Assembly (NCBI RefSeq): GCF_963676685.1
Contig: NC_092352.1
Coordinates: 43,152,001 to 43,216,000 of the forward strand
Length of the DNA: 64,000 nucleotides
Source: Mytilus edulis
Lineage: Eukaryota
Reading direction: 5' to 3'
Made by a program: the position numbers and the translations under genes. How positions within the stretch are numbered: position 1 is the first letter of the stretch; each line of letters begins with the position of its first letter. This document shows, in pieces, positions 11,401 to 23,743 of the stretch. The notes beneath the pieces are model-generated. The model was given only the letters and a program-made list of their open reading frames with translations. It was not told where the DNA came from and did not search any database.

Positions 11401-14346
11401 ATTGGTGTAAACAAAATTCACCGATGATTTTTTTAATTAGAAAATTTTACAGAAAAAAAGTCGTTCTATGACTAAAATCATGAAAATGCGATGAAAATTA
11501 ATAAATTCAAAAGAATTTACACAAATTTCAAAGCATACTTATGGCGGAAAGATATTCTATATTATTTTACAAAAATCCGCCAGCGTTTATCTTTTGTAGG
11601 AAAAAAGTTAAGTATGTCTTTCAAAAGGATTGATATGTCCAAGAAACCGAAATTTTAAGTAAATGTCTACCCAATTTTTTCAAAAAGTAGCACGTGAAGG
11701 AAATATATAGTTTTATGACATACATATTTTAATTGACTTCGTGAAAAATAGATTGCATGTAAACTTTCGTCAAAAGTTCACTGTGGAATAAAAGCTGTAT
11801 CATTTACCGACCTGGGGCCGGTAACAAGAAGCATTCTTATGTCTTACGAACGTCTATAGGGCGTCTTAAGATTTAAGAATGTAACAAGACCCAACCTCAG
11901 ACCTATCTTATAATGATTGACAGCCCTTAATGTTTTGAAAAAGTGCATGATTTAAGAACGATTCTTACGTCTACCTTAAAGCGATCTTACTAATTCCAGT
12001 AACACAAAATAATTCTTAAATTTTGGTCAGTTATTAAGTGTTCTTAAAACAAACTTAGCAACTTAGGGGTGTACCAAGAACAATTCGCAATAGCTTCACT
12101 TGATATTTTTTGTAAGAGTGGTCCCGACTACTCTTAGCTGTACATTCACTTGTTAATAATAGAACAAACTGCTTTAAAACGTTAATACATGAACCTTAGA
12201 ACTTTTTATTCTAATTATTAATTCTTCTGAATAGGAAATTATATATCTGTTTTCTTTGCCATGTGTGTGGAGGATGGTAGTTTCTCTTTATTGTAAATCG
12301 TTACAATTTTGGCTTGTTGAGAGAAGTGTAAGGAGCAAGGAGGAATTTGTGACCTTTTTCAATTTTAAACCAAGAGTTCGATGAAGTTTAAATCATCTCT
12401 TCTTAAATTTTACGGAAGCCATCATGAGTTGGTTGACCGTTATGGAATAACCGTTATACAGATGATATCGGATATGTTCATTATCTCGTAACTACAGTCC
12501 CATTCCCTTTTCACGAATGTGACCCAACGAATTGGACTATTTCCCGGCTTCGTAATATAATGAGCAACACGATGGGCGCCACACATGGAGCAGGGTCTGC
12601 TTACCCTTACGGATCATCTGAAATCATCCCCAGTTTTTAGTGGGTTTCGTGTTGCTGTTATACACCTATTTTTGAAATTTTTGTCTATTGTGTCTGTTTT
12701 GGTATCACCAGCCCAGTTGTCAGCACTTCAGTGTTGACATGAATATCAATTATGTGGTCATTTTTATAAATTTCCTGTTTACAAAACTCGTTTGAAGTGT
12801 TTTATCATTTGATTTTGCCATTTGGTTAGGGACTTTCCGTTATGAATTTTCCTCGGAGTTCAGTATTTTTGAGATTTTTTTTTGTTGTAAGAAGGCTTTC
12901 AAAATGATGTGAAGAAAAAAATATTGTTTAAAGTGAAAAGATATAGGAAGATGTGGTATGAGTGCCAATGAGATAACTCTCCATCCAAATAACAATTTAT
13001 AAAAGTAAATCATTATAGTAGTGATTTGACCGAAATAAAAGTAGTACAGAAAAATAAGCCTACGTCATATACAAGATTCAAATCCTACCATTGGCCTGGT
13101 GAATAATAGGGCACTTAAAAGAAAACCCAGATGGATTGTCCTCAGACAAGCATATTTTTATTAAAATAATTATGGTCTATAAGCAGTTAAATTAATTTCA
13201 TGTTTGAAGCGGTGAAATTTTGTTTAATTCAATTTGACTTTTATAAAAAAAAAAAAAAAAAAAAGCATTGTAGCAAAGGGGAAGAATAATGGTGGTCTGA
13301 GGCCAGAATTGTTTTCCTTAGGTTAAATGGGTAGTTGATTGTTATGCGCATTTTATCGTTCATTAAAACGTTTTTATGATTCATGTAAGGTGATTCTAAT
13401 TTCTTTGCGAGGAACCAAAATCGGAGACGCCAGAAAATTATTAAGAACTCGTAACTTGAAAACTATTACGATTCAACTTGAGGGGGAAATAAGACCGATC
13501 TACGAACAACCTGAGGGAGCTTTGATTTACAATCATTCAATGATCTTAGAATTATCTTATCTTCCCCTTAATTCAATACTTACGACCTCTCTTAATAAAA
13601 TTTCTTGTTACCGGCCCCTGGTCACTTGGTGTCCGTCGTCGTAACAATTCCGAAACTACTATACCAAATTCAACCAAAATTCATCGCTGGGGCATTTAAT
13701 TTTTTTTTAAATTTCCGATGACCTAGTAAAAAATTATTAACAAGATAAGATCCACACATCGGGCGGATATCTTATTAATAAGTCACCTCAGTGTTAGGGT
13801 TACTGCTCTTTTATGATAATTTGTCTTTTTTACATTTTCCTCTATTATTTTGTAAGCTATAAAAGATCATGACCAATAAAACAAAAAGTAATATGATCAA
13901 CAGGAGAAGATCTCCAAGACTTTTAACATCACTAAAACTGTTAGTTTACTCTTAATGCTGTTATTCCGCTTTCATAAAGGTTTTTACCAAAATGTGTCAA
14001 TTGTGAAAGACGCAGGAGATCAACTAAGACTCTATAGAGCAATCACCAAGGACGCTCAAAACTTTACATTTGAAAGTCAAGAATGAAAAAGTATGTAGAA
14101 ACTTATAAACAAACAAAAAAGCAACAATTTGCCAAATTAATTGATAAATATTTGTTTTGTAGTGTTCCTGAGGGACCAGTCGAATGGAAACCGTTTGACA
14201 CAACGTCGAAGTATTACTTGGACATTGATACAATCACAACACTGAAGAAGGATCTAAGACCAGAAGTGATGAATTTTTGGTTGAAAGACATACCATCAAT
14301 AGAGTTAGATCCAGTTGATGATAGAAAAGTACACGACGAATTATAA
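8428..14346 (+). CDS. Type-B carboxylesterase (alpha/beta hydrolase, COesterase family), secretory pathway, ER-retained (C-terminal HDEL)
   Basis: Exons 8428(or 8452)-9986 and 14163-14346 are joined by a phase-2 GT-AG intron (gg|gtaaga ... tttgtag|t), giving 580 aa. Motifs: signal peptide, FRGIPFGKPP, SEDCLFLNVY, VMVWIYGGG oxyanion hole, GNYGLWDQ, FGGDP, GQSAG nucleophile, NEG acid, GHGEE His, YWTSFARKG-VP, terminal HDEL. Confidence 0.93.
10564..11366 (+). mobile_element. Non-autonomous Mutator-like (MULE) element in the carboxylesterase intron
   Basis: Subterminal inverted TTGCGCCA/TGGCGCAA repeats (agtccttttgcgcca vs tggcgcaaaaggact) and an 8-bp direct flank aatttatt (10556-10563, 11367-11374). 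The internal remnant FPPSIW..RRTSNGAEAF..Y..FY..NPS..VFLD resembles the MULE transposase RTNNxxE region. Confidence 0.65.
11815..13617. mobile_element. Non-autonomous PIF/Harbinger-like element with nested repeats, in the carboxylesterase intron
   Basis: Perfect 16-bp TIRs gggccggtaacaagaa / ttcttgttaccggccc with a CTG (CWG) target duplication at 11812-11814 and 13618-13620. Confidence 0.8.
12385..12660 (+). mobile_element. 3' remnant of a Penelope-like retroelement
   Basis: Degenerate coding KSSLLKFYGSHHELVDRYGITV followed by a ...cacatggagcagggtctgcttaccctt... tail. The same family recurs on the minus strand at ~20265-20475 and, as a shorter piece, at ~59190-59355. Confidence 0.55.
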
Positions 14347-17300
14347 TTTATTTCCTTTTTTTTCTCCTTTTTTAATATCTATGTAAGATTTACGTCCATG
14401 AGTGTATTTTTCTTAAAATTAATACAAAAACGTAATCTAATGAGAAATGGATGCTTCATCTTACTCAGTTTGGGCGAACAAAATGATATACTGCAAACTT
14501 CATTAGATAAAAATCAAAATCAGTAGATATTCGCGAATACCTGAATACTACCAAGTTTTATGACAATAACTCAAAAGGTCTTTGAGCAGTTTTCATGAAA
14601 CTTTGGTATATCTACGAAAATAACCTCTGTTTAGTTGTTTTTTATATAAACTTCTGAAATGACATAGAGGAGTTATGGAACTTTGTCTTTGAAAAAGACC
14701 TTTTTTAAAGATCTGCATTTTTAAGATTACCTTGTAAATCTGTCGTTTTGAGCTTTTTATTAATTTGTATTAAACATTTGTTTTTTTCAAACACAACTTA
14801 TCTATTGCCATGACTCATAACAAAGAAATTTCACTTGACCCACATATTCTATTTTATATTTTGATACTGTGATTTTTTTTTATGTTACTATATCAAAATG
14901 TAGCCTAAATTTATTGAAATAACAGAATCTGAACCGAGATGATGTATCAAATAGTGTTGCTTTACACGTTTTTAAGACGAAATAGTCCAATTCAAGCACG
15001 CCTGAAAATAGAACAAAATGTACACCACTCTCTCTTTTTGATCAAAATATTGCCTTATTTTATGATTGTTCCCAAATAACTATTGCCAGATGCAAGAATG
15101 CAAATGAATGCTTTAAAAAGGTCAGTTTTTATCTTTCTGTCGTCTTTTTTCGGTGGAATTTATGCTTTTAAAAAATAAAGAAACCACATGTATTTGTTTA
15201 CAAATATATCGAAACCCCATACTATATATTACATTTTGTAAATATAAGCATGTTAATAAGATGCAAAAAGTCATTAATTAAGCACATCAATAAACTTTTA
15301 AAGCCCATAGAAGCATAATAACCAAAAACTAATTTGAGTTTTCCAACTTGGATATTTTTACCTTCTATAATAAAGAGTTCATCCTTTGTTTTGTTTCAAC
15401 TTGATATCAGCCTGCTGTTTCAAAACTACAACTCATGATTGGTAGTACCAGGAGTGTCAGAAACATCGGACAAATGCGTATTGGTTTACAAGTTCAGTTG
15501 GCATTTTATTGGTCTATTAACTAGAGACCGTTTAGCTAAGGATTTTGAGAAATACCTACCATACAAATCTTTTCGTGGTCTCGCATTTTTCTTAAAAGGT
15601 TTTTGCAGATTGGGAAAATCCGTTTCACCAGATGAGATTTTATTTTTTGGGCATAGAGTAAATTATTATCGCCATCCATTGATACAACGGTTCTTAATTG
15701 TTCTTGGTTGTGACAGAGTAAAGGTGTGCCATCCATGGACCGGTAACAAAGGTAGGCTAATTGAGTTAAAACAAGGTTCCGTTGTTGTTCTTGGTTGTAA
15801 ACAACGAAAAGGTGCGCCATCTATGGACCTTAGGTAACCGAAAGATAGGCTAATTGCGGCCCGCTAATTTGGGTTAAAACAATGGCTAGTTGTTGTTCTT
15901 GGTTGAAACAAAGTTAAGGTGCGCGAACTTCAGTCACTTTCTTGACTATAGAATTTTGGCTGTCAAGTCGTCGTCGGTCAGGCAAGGGATTTTATTGTTG
16001 GTTAATCGATGCAACTTGCAATGTGAAGCAAACTTGGCTCATTGCAAGTATTGTCATCATTTTGAACGAGTATAACGGAATTTTTTTGATGCTTTATCGG
16101 TTATTGGATATCAAACGAGGCAAACGAGTTTTCCACTGATAGTCCTTTGTTATAAATATTTATGAAAGAAGGTACATGTTTAGTTTAATCATCTCAAAAG
16201 ACAATCTTCAGTTTTCAACCAAGATCCCTGAAACTAAACAGGAAGATTGCACATTGGTTCAAGTTGTGCATCTACTATGATGGAATTGTTGGAGATTTTT
16301 TTCTATTTTTTTTATAGACTCCGGAACTCACAAGTATTGCAACCTTTCCAGTTGAGACTCAAGACTTATTTGTAGAAAATAAGTTTTTTGTTTAATATAT
16401 ACGGCGTATTTAATTATAATCCTGGCACCTTTGATAACTATATACAAGTAGTTATTTGAAACAATTATAAAAGTCCCCAAAATCTTCTAAAGTAATAATT
16501 TTTTAAGAAAAAAAATATTTATTTCTAGATATATATATAATAATAATATTTTGATAAAGGCACGGCCAATATCTGGTAGTCGTAATGTAATTGCTGACGC
16601 TTTGCCTCGTTGTCATTGGCAGCTCTTCAGGCAGTTAGCACCAAAGGCAGACAAAGAACCAACACCAATGGCAAGCTTACTCTGGAAAATCTAGACATGG
16701 AAGTAGAAAATTATTATTGTTTTCTATACTAAAACAAATCTATGAAAAACTTACAAATAAGCAGAAGAAAAGTTGCTGCTATCCAGTTGCTCATTTTATA
16801 AAAAAAAAATCTTGTATCTTTGCTTTAGCGTTTAGTTATCTTTTGTTTTGCGGTTTTTTTCAGTCTGTCACAAACATGTTTTTATTTGTTTATATGACGA
16901 TAAAGATTATTATTAGAATAAATCAGTTCACGGTCGATACTAAAACATATCGGAGTTCTTTTTTAAATGATTTATCCAAGAAACTTTCACATAGTAAAAA
17001 CGAAATTCATTTGAAAAAACGAATTTATACCCAAAGGTAGACAGATCTTTGTACTGTGAGCATGCTATGTGCTGTTTTAAAAAATAGATACCTTTAATTT
17101 ACATTTTTATTGTCTCATTTGAATCGTGTTCATGTTATTTCTTTACGTTACAAAACTTTCATGGTTTTTTTTTAAAGACCTCGTCATATGAAGCATTGCA
17201 TTAGAGCAGAATTTGGGTTTCGGCGACAGGCATTTAAAATTTGGTGCAATAGGTATCATATGCATACACCTTCATATGCGTTTGGTAGTTTCGAATGGAT

Positions 17301-18575
17301 ATGAATAGCGTGCGTTGTAAGATACGTGATTTTAAATGTACAAGTTTAAACAGAACTGCAGTTTTTACCATTTTTGTCATTGTAGAACCCCCGTCAAGAA
17401 CGGGTAATTGGATAATGTATGATTGTTTATCGGGGAACCAGAATTTATTGTTTATTGGGCGACCAAAAGTTCTAAGAAAAGAGAACTTCAAGGAATCAAA
17501 ACGTTTGATTACAACAAGGGTATGTTTTTCATTGGTATGGCCAGCCAGGGATAAACTGGAAAAACCCTCAGTCGAATAGAATCTAAGATATTATCTATCT
17601 CTTCAAATTTGAACAATTAATTTTGGTTAAAACGATTATAGGGTGTAATAAAAAAAAATGGAGCTTATTGAACAAATAAGGTAATAGCTCATTCGTTTGC
17701 ATTTGTTAATGCAAAACCTCTCATTGGTATGGAGCGGAACTTTGTCACGTGACAAATGGCACTTTACTATCATTTCTACGCGTAAACGAGATATTTCAGG
17801 TGTACGTAATATCTTTAAAATTCATGGCCTTGTAATTGCAATTCTAATATAACAACTTAAGAAAAGAGATTAGTGCATGCAGTCAAGATAGAATTCACTT
17901 GTCGTTTTCTTGAACAATATGAAAAGAGCTGAAATTCGTCTGAAAGTTATTTCCTGGTGATATCCGCTTTGTTCTGTTTCAGAATCCAGAAGTAACTCGT
18001 TTTGTTCGGGAAGAGAGTGTTATAGACATATTCATTTGGCGGGATCTGGCAAGGTGACAAGATGGCAAGTAGCAAGATGACACTTTTGCTAGGTTACCTT
18101 AAGAACACATAAATGTCAATGTGTTTATCGTCTTGCCAGGACTCTTTTATTTGTTTTCCCAGCGGCCGATACCATTCCATACAGAATTTCTTGAGTTGAA
18201 ATCTTAAATTAAATTCAAACCTCATATTGAAGTATCAATCGCATTTGATATATCAATCAATCAATATAAATATAAAACTTAATTTCACATTTTTTTTATT
18301 AAAATGTTTAAAAAAAAACAAGGTTTTTTTCTGTTTAAAATCAAATTATCAATATATACAATACTTTATACAACAAAGTAAACTTAAAGTGAAAGTATAA
18401 AAAGCAAATTATATTATGGGACTTTTGTATCATATTATACAACTATGGGTTTTTTTTTCATTCTCTCTGCTCATATATTCTGTATACACTATGTACCGAT
18501 ACTCCATGGCTCATGGCTAGTCTTTTGATTTAACTCTATGCGATATACTTGGTACTTTCCGTTCTTGTTTTAAAT

Positions 18576-21500
18576 TTATTTTTTCTTTCCAATTGGAACC
18601 TGTGGCCCACCTTGTATACCACCTGGAAGTATACCTCCGACCTGACCAGGTACACCACCAATGGCACCAGGTATACCACCAATAGCACCAGGAATACCTC
18701 CCTGAATAGCCCCTGGGACAACACCTGGAATCGTGCCAATAGTTTGTGGTTGTGTTCCAGGGCTGGCTTGATTACAAGCAATCTGTGTACACGACGCCTG
18801 AAATAAAAAACGAAATATTAATAAACATAAACACTTGTAGGACTAGGTCTATATGTAGCGTATCTCTAAGACACCGATCATTCATTTTGTTTGGGTATGA
18901 GGGTGGTTTTTATTTTAAATCATGGTTAGATTTAAAATTATTTCTTTGGAAAGGCCAATTTGGTTCAGAAGAGAAGTGAACAAAATAGTTTGTTTCCATT
19001 GAAAATTAGGTAAATAAAAAATAAGTTCAATATATAGTTTTAAAAAGTTTATTTTTTTGAAAAAATAGGGGTTTTTTTTATTTCAAAGAAGAAATAAAAG
19101 TGTTTGTCCAGGGAAAACAAACATTCCCCCTTTATAAAAAATGCATGACTTTTACCCATGTCTCCATGTTTTTTGGAGTAATAACTTCAATAGAATTTGA
19201 AAATAAAAATGGCTTTGCTCATTGTTGAAGGCCGTACGTGATCTATAGTTGTTAATTTCTGTGTCATTTTGGTCTCTTGTGGAGAGTTGTCTCATTGGCA
19301 ATCAAACCACATCTTCTTTTTCTATAATAACTCTTTAACACAAGATAGCACTTCCCCTTTAAATTTATATATACTATGTTTTTGGTTGAAAGCTTAAAAG
19401 CTTTGCTGCAATCATGTTAAAAAATTACTAAAAAAAAAAAAAAAATCATTCTTAGACAAAAAAAATATTAAAGAATTTTGAAATGAAATTTTAATACATG
19501 TATATGTATAGCATTTCGTTTGAGATTTCTAAGTTGTTACACTATCATTGCCAAGTCTGTACTTTTGACCTGACAAAATGATTGATTTATTATGAACCTA
19601 CCTGTCCGTTTTGTGTATTACAAGTACATCTATTACCGCAGGTGTCGATCTGTTTTGTTTGTCCAACTTGTATAAACTGATTCTGGGCCCTGCAGCCTGT
19701 TAAAAATATAGGAACATTGGTTCAAATTGATAATTTCATAAATCATTAGAATGAATATATCACTTTTCGTATTTCTTCAGAAAAGTGTTATTATATTCTA
19801 TGTTCAAGAAGTCTTAAATCTTATGTGAGAAGAAAGAAGAAGAACATGTAGAAGTATTTCAATTGCATCGTAATCATTAGATAATACATATAAAAAATGA
19901 AATTTTAAAAATTCTTTTTCAATATAAATGAGAGAATGTCAACCGAGACCGTAAGATTCGTGTCCACATAATATTTATGAAATAAATACACTTGAAGATA
20001 TAGTATTTACGTCAATAGTACCGGCAAAAAATGGCATACAGAAGGCAACATACAGTTCTTCACCATTTTTATTTAATTTGACATAACAGTTGTTCTTAAC
20101 AATTCAAAATATTTATAACAATTGTGATATTCACATAAACTGTGGCATTATATTTTTCTTCAATGGAATAAATTCAGCTTATCCACTTCTACGACGTAAA
20201 ATTGATCAACAATTCATTGTTTTTGGTTTTATAAATATTATAAAAAAGGGGCAAAAAATACCAGAGGGACATTCAAACTCATAAATCGAAAATAAACTGA
20301 CCACGCTATGACTAAAAAAGAAAAAGACAAACAGACAAGCAAAAGTACACAAAACACAGCATAGAAAAATAAATACTAGTAAGCAAAACGAACTCCACCA
20401 AAAACTGGCGGTGATCTCAGGTGCTCCTAAAGGGTACGCAGATCCTGCTCCACATGTGGAACCCGTCGTGTTGATCATAAATCTGACTTACCAGGAATAC
20501 ATTGACATGGGAGGACTGGAATCCATGTAGGACATATATAAGGCAGACCCACGTTACTTCTGTAAACACATTGTTGTCCAATTCCACATCCTCTGTAATA
20601 TAACAATACATTATATAACTATATTTATTTAATTTTCGTTTCTTTCGTAGTCATTTTGTTTAGTTTTCAATGATAGTCTTCATCCGAAAAATGCAGTCCA
20701 TCCCCGTAATAGATCGCTCCTTCAAAGAGTAATGGTAAATCAGCGGAATATAACAACTGAATTATTCGGGTTATGATACATGTAATCTTGTTTGTTTTGG
20801 CATTGATTTGAAGGCCCCCAGTCCTGTCACAATTATTTCCTCTTAAATTATCAGAAAAAAATGGTAAATAATATTAACTTCCTCCTGACAAAAATAATTA
20901 TAAAATTGTAAAAGGTACTACTGTTTGACAATAATTAATAATAAACTATTATGACTAAACTACAATTTACTGGAATAAACAAACCATGTCTTATATCTTT
21001 TTCTACTAGTTCTTTTGAATATTTTTTTTGGAAGGAACAGCAGAAAACTATTTTTTTTAATGAAGATTCTAACATTTTCTATTAATTTAAATTACACTAA
21101 GAATATATTAGCCTTGAAAAAAACATCTTAGATATTGTGGCAATTCTTATTGCTGTTGTAATTCTATTTATGTATCAACGGAGATGTTGAAAACATCTAA
21201 GGGTCAAAATACTATTTTGTATGTGTATTGATGACAGAATTAAACACAAATAGGTGCATACAGAACCTTGGATTTAAAAAAAAAATAAAGTTATATAAAG
21301 TGTTATCGTTTTCATAAAGAAGGGAAAAAATGATCATAAGAAAAGTTTGGAGAGGACGTAGTCCTCAAAACAGTCATAAAATCAATTAAAAGAAAAAATA
21401 ATTTTACTAGGGAAACTTGAATCGTTAATTTCTTTTTCAAACAGTTTCAGTTTCGCGTTATCCTATTGGCTTTTATGTTGCAAAAATAACAAATTTGTAC

Positions 21501-21934
21501 ATCTTATAACCAACAAGTATCATGAAAAAAAGACGGAATTAGTTTACTTTTACAGGACTACAATGATAGGTTACGTACCTTACGTGACAACTGTTTGGAT
21601 TACCAACACTTTGTTGAATAAACTGTTGATTTTGTGCAAAATTATTTACTCCATTAAATCCTTGCTGTCCAAATTGTCCTGGAATTTGATTCTGAAATCC
21701 ATTTTGGCCTATTATTCCTTGCTGGCCAAATTGATTAGGAAACTGTCCTTGTTGACCAAATTGCTGGCCAGGAAATTGTCCTTGCTGTCCAAATTGCTGG
21801 TTTTGAAATTGACCTTGTTGTCCAAATTGTTGACCTGGAAATTGTCCTTGTTGGCCTGGAAACTGTCCTTGTTGTCCAAATTGCTGTGCATTTAAGCCAC
21901 AAACGCAATAGACAAAAACGAAAATGGGTATCAT
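18576..21934 (-). CDS. Gene A: secreted Gln/Gly/Phe-rich protein with 12-Cys (FOLN-like + pacifastin/VWC-like) module and Gly/Ile/Pro-rich tail, ~257 aa
   Basis: Exons 21934-21579, 20592-20492, 19696-19602 and 18797-18576; all GT-AG, phases 2/1/0, open frame. Signal peptide, then (GQQGQFP)n, then SCHVRGCGIGQQCVYRSNVGLPYICPTWIPVLPCQCIPGCRAQNQFIQVGQTKQIDTCGNRCTCNTQNGQASCTQIAC, then a (GGIPGAI)n tail ending IGKKK. TATATAA at 21986-21980. Confidence 0.9.
19215..19325 (+). repeat. Representative copy of a dispersed short interspersed repeat
   Basis: cattgttgaaggccgtacg...gagttgtctcattggcaatc.taccacatcttct. Other copies at ~1105, 6130, 12945(-), 24380, 44790(-), 52505, 56355(-), 56655(-) and 62075. 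Confidence 0.7.
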
Positions 21935-23584
21935 GTTTCTACGAAAATTGAAAATGAATGAAGAAATACCTTGATTAGCTTATATACCGATTTTGGGTTA
22001 AAATGATGTGTAATATGTTTGTATGGGAAGAAACACGTCACAACTGTCAGAAAATGTGACAATTTGATGATTTGAGATATGGACAGTTAACGATATGTAC
22101 AAGATTTTTATCGCCAATAGCATTCAATTAATCATAGATTTTCTCCGGGTATGTTTTTTCGTCATCTTCAATTATATAAATATTAACACCTTCTTATAAA
22201 ATATTAGGTCAGGTCGTTAGTAATTAGTAATGCATTACGAATTATTTACCCCCTAAATATGCAGTCTAATCAGTATTGAAATGCAAACTTAAAGAGTACG
22301 TGTTTTTCTAGTCTAAACATTTTTTTTTAAATAAGGGGATAACAAACACCTTGACTCGGATTAATTTGGCTGTTTGATTTTCATAAAATTTTGACAAAAT
22401 ATTTGCTTTGACCCTTTGGCAAACAAAGAAAAATTTCATAATACTTTAACCACAAACTTGATCGAAAAATGTCATTAGATATATAGCTGTTTGGCAAACA
22501 CTAATTTTGACCATTGAGAAGCTGAGTATTTCTTTAACAAAAGAACAGGATTTAAACATTCATCGAACTTTTATAGAGTTATCTCCCTGTAGTGTTATGT
22601 ATCTAAATTAATAATGCTGATGGCTCTTTCATATGAAAAGGAAGTGCAAACCGTTCTATTAATCGTTAAGAATGTTGTTCTTTAGTCTGCATTCCTAGCC
22701 AGGGCATGTTTTCTTTTCAGTTCAGTTCAGTTTCAATGATATCATAACAAGCATTTAGAAAATCACGTGTTTATGCTATGAAATTGGAAAGAGTCCTTTT
22801 ATTAAGTTACAGTGCTTATATGACAACATTGTGTACCCTTTAAATGTGTGTATTGAATAAAATCACGTATTTAATATGAAGCGTAGTTTAGTTAAAATAA
22901 ATATTTTCAAATGAACTGAACTCAAATGTATTTCCAAAAACAAAAAATCCGGAATGACTGACAAATCAAGAAAGCATTCAGGTATATATATACATTCATT
23001 TTTATGGTAAAATTCTTTACAAAGCACTAACATGTCGGCATTCACCTCAAAAGCTAAAAAAAACTTTAAACAGACTTATTAAGAAGGGATATAGTTACAA
23101 TACTGTTATCAGGTCATTAAAGATGATATATTTTGGCTTTAATATTGATTCACTTATAGGGTCTTTGCATCTGAAATAAGCATATTTATTCTAAAACCAG
23201 TTGTTGGCATAATACGGGTTATATTATTCTCATATATTTCATGATGGCAGGATACTAACGCCCTAACGGAAAGGATTGTGCTTGAAATTCATATGACAGA
23301 ACATAATATTCCAACCAGTTTATTAAGTAATTGAGTTACTAAGTAATGGAGCTGGCATGTCAGTAACTGCTAGTAGTCCTTTGTTAATTTATGTATTAAT
23401 AAATAAATTTGGTGAATTTACTGTCTTCTGATTGGTTAAAATAATTAGCTTTATTTTCAATGTTATCAATTTTTATGGCGACACGCCCACTCTAACGTTG
23501 TGTATTCATACGCAAACATCTGTGTACGTTGTTATTCGTATCAATATATATCTTTGAGCCTTATTTTTGATAGAAATTTATTTA

Positions 23585-23743
23585 TAATGAATGGCAATAA
23601 TTTATTTTGAATTTATTGAACCATAAAATTAATTTTTGACTCTTCACATTTAACATAATCCGCTTCGCGGATTATTCAATGTGAAGAGTCAAAAATTAAT
23701 TTTATGGTTCAATAAATTTAAAATAAATAACAGCCATTCATTA
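23585..23743. repeat. Long near-perfect inverted repeat (hairpin, ~78-bp arms, TTC loop)
   Basis: taatgaatggc...gactcttcacatt..ataatccgc TTC gcggattat..aatgtgaagagtc...gccattcatta; loop at 23664-23666. Confidence 0.85.

Noticed and set aside
14083-14162. N-terminal part of the 87-aa ORF as a separate gene
   Set aside because: Intronic; only 14163-14346 is the carboxylesterase last exon.
8428-14346. Calling the esterase acetylcholinesterase or neuroligin
   Set aside because: It has GQSAG rather than GESAG, and no choline-binding Trp before SEDCL. The triad is intact, there is no transmembrane segment and it ends in HDEL. No gene symbol is justified.
15380-16620. ORFs at 15439-16139 and a possible LTR-retrotransposon remnant (…SRNVIADALPR near 16580)
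   Set aside because: Only a very short RNase H-end-like motif and degenerate ~85-bp repeats; too weak to annotate.
17741-17756. 16-bp palindrome tttgtcacgtgacaaa (E-box/CLEAR-like)
   Set aside because: Single site downstream of gene A, not near a predicted promoter; probably part of a repeat.
18576-18590. KKxx ER-retrieval signal at the end of gene A
   Set aside because: That signal works on cytosolic tails of membrane proteins; gene A has no transmembrane segment.
21563-21895. Leu/Lys-rich plus-strand ORF
   Set aside because: Antisense shadow of the gene A Gln/Gly repeat.
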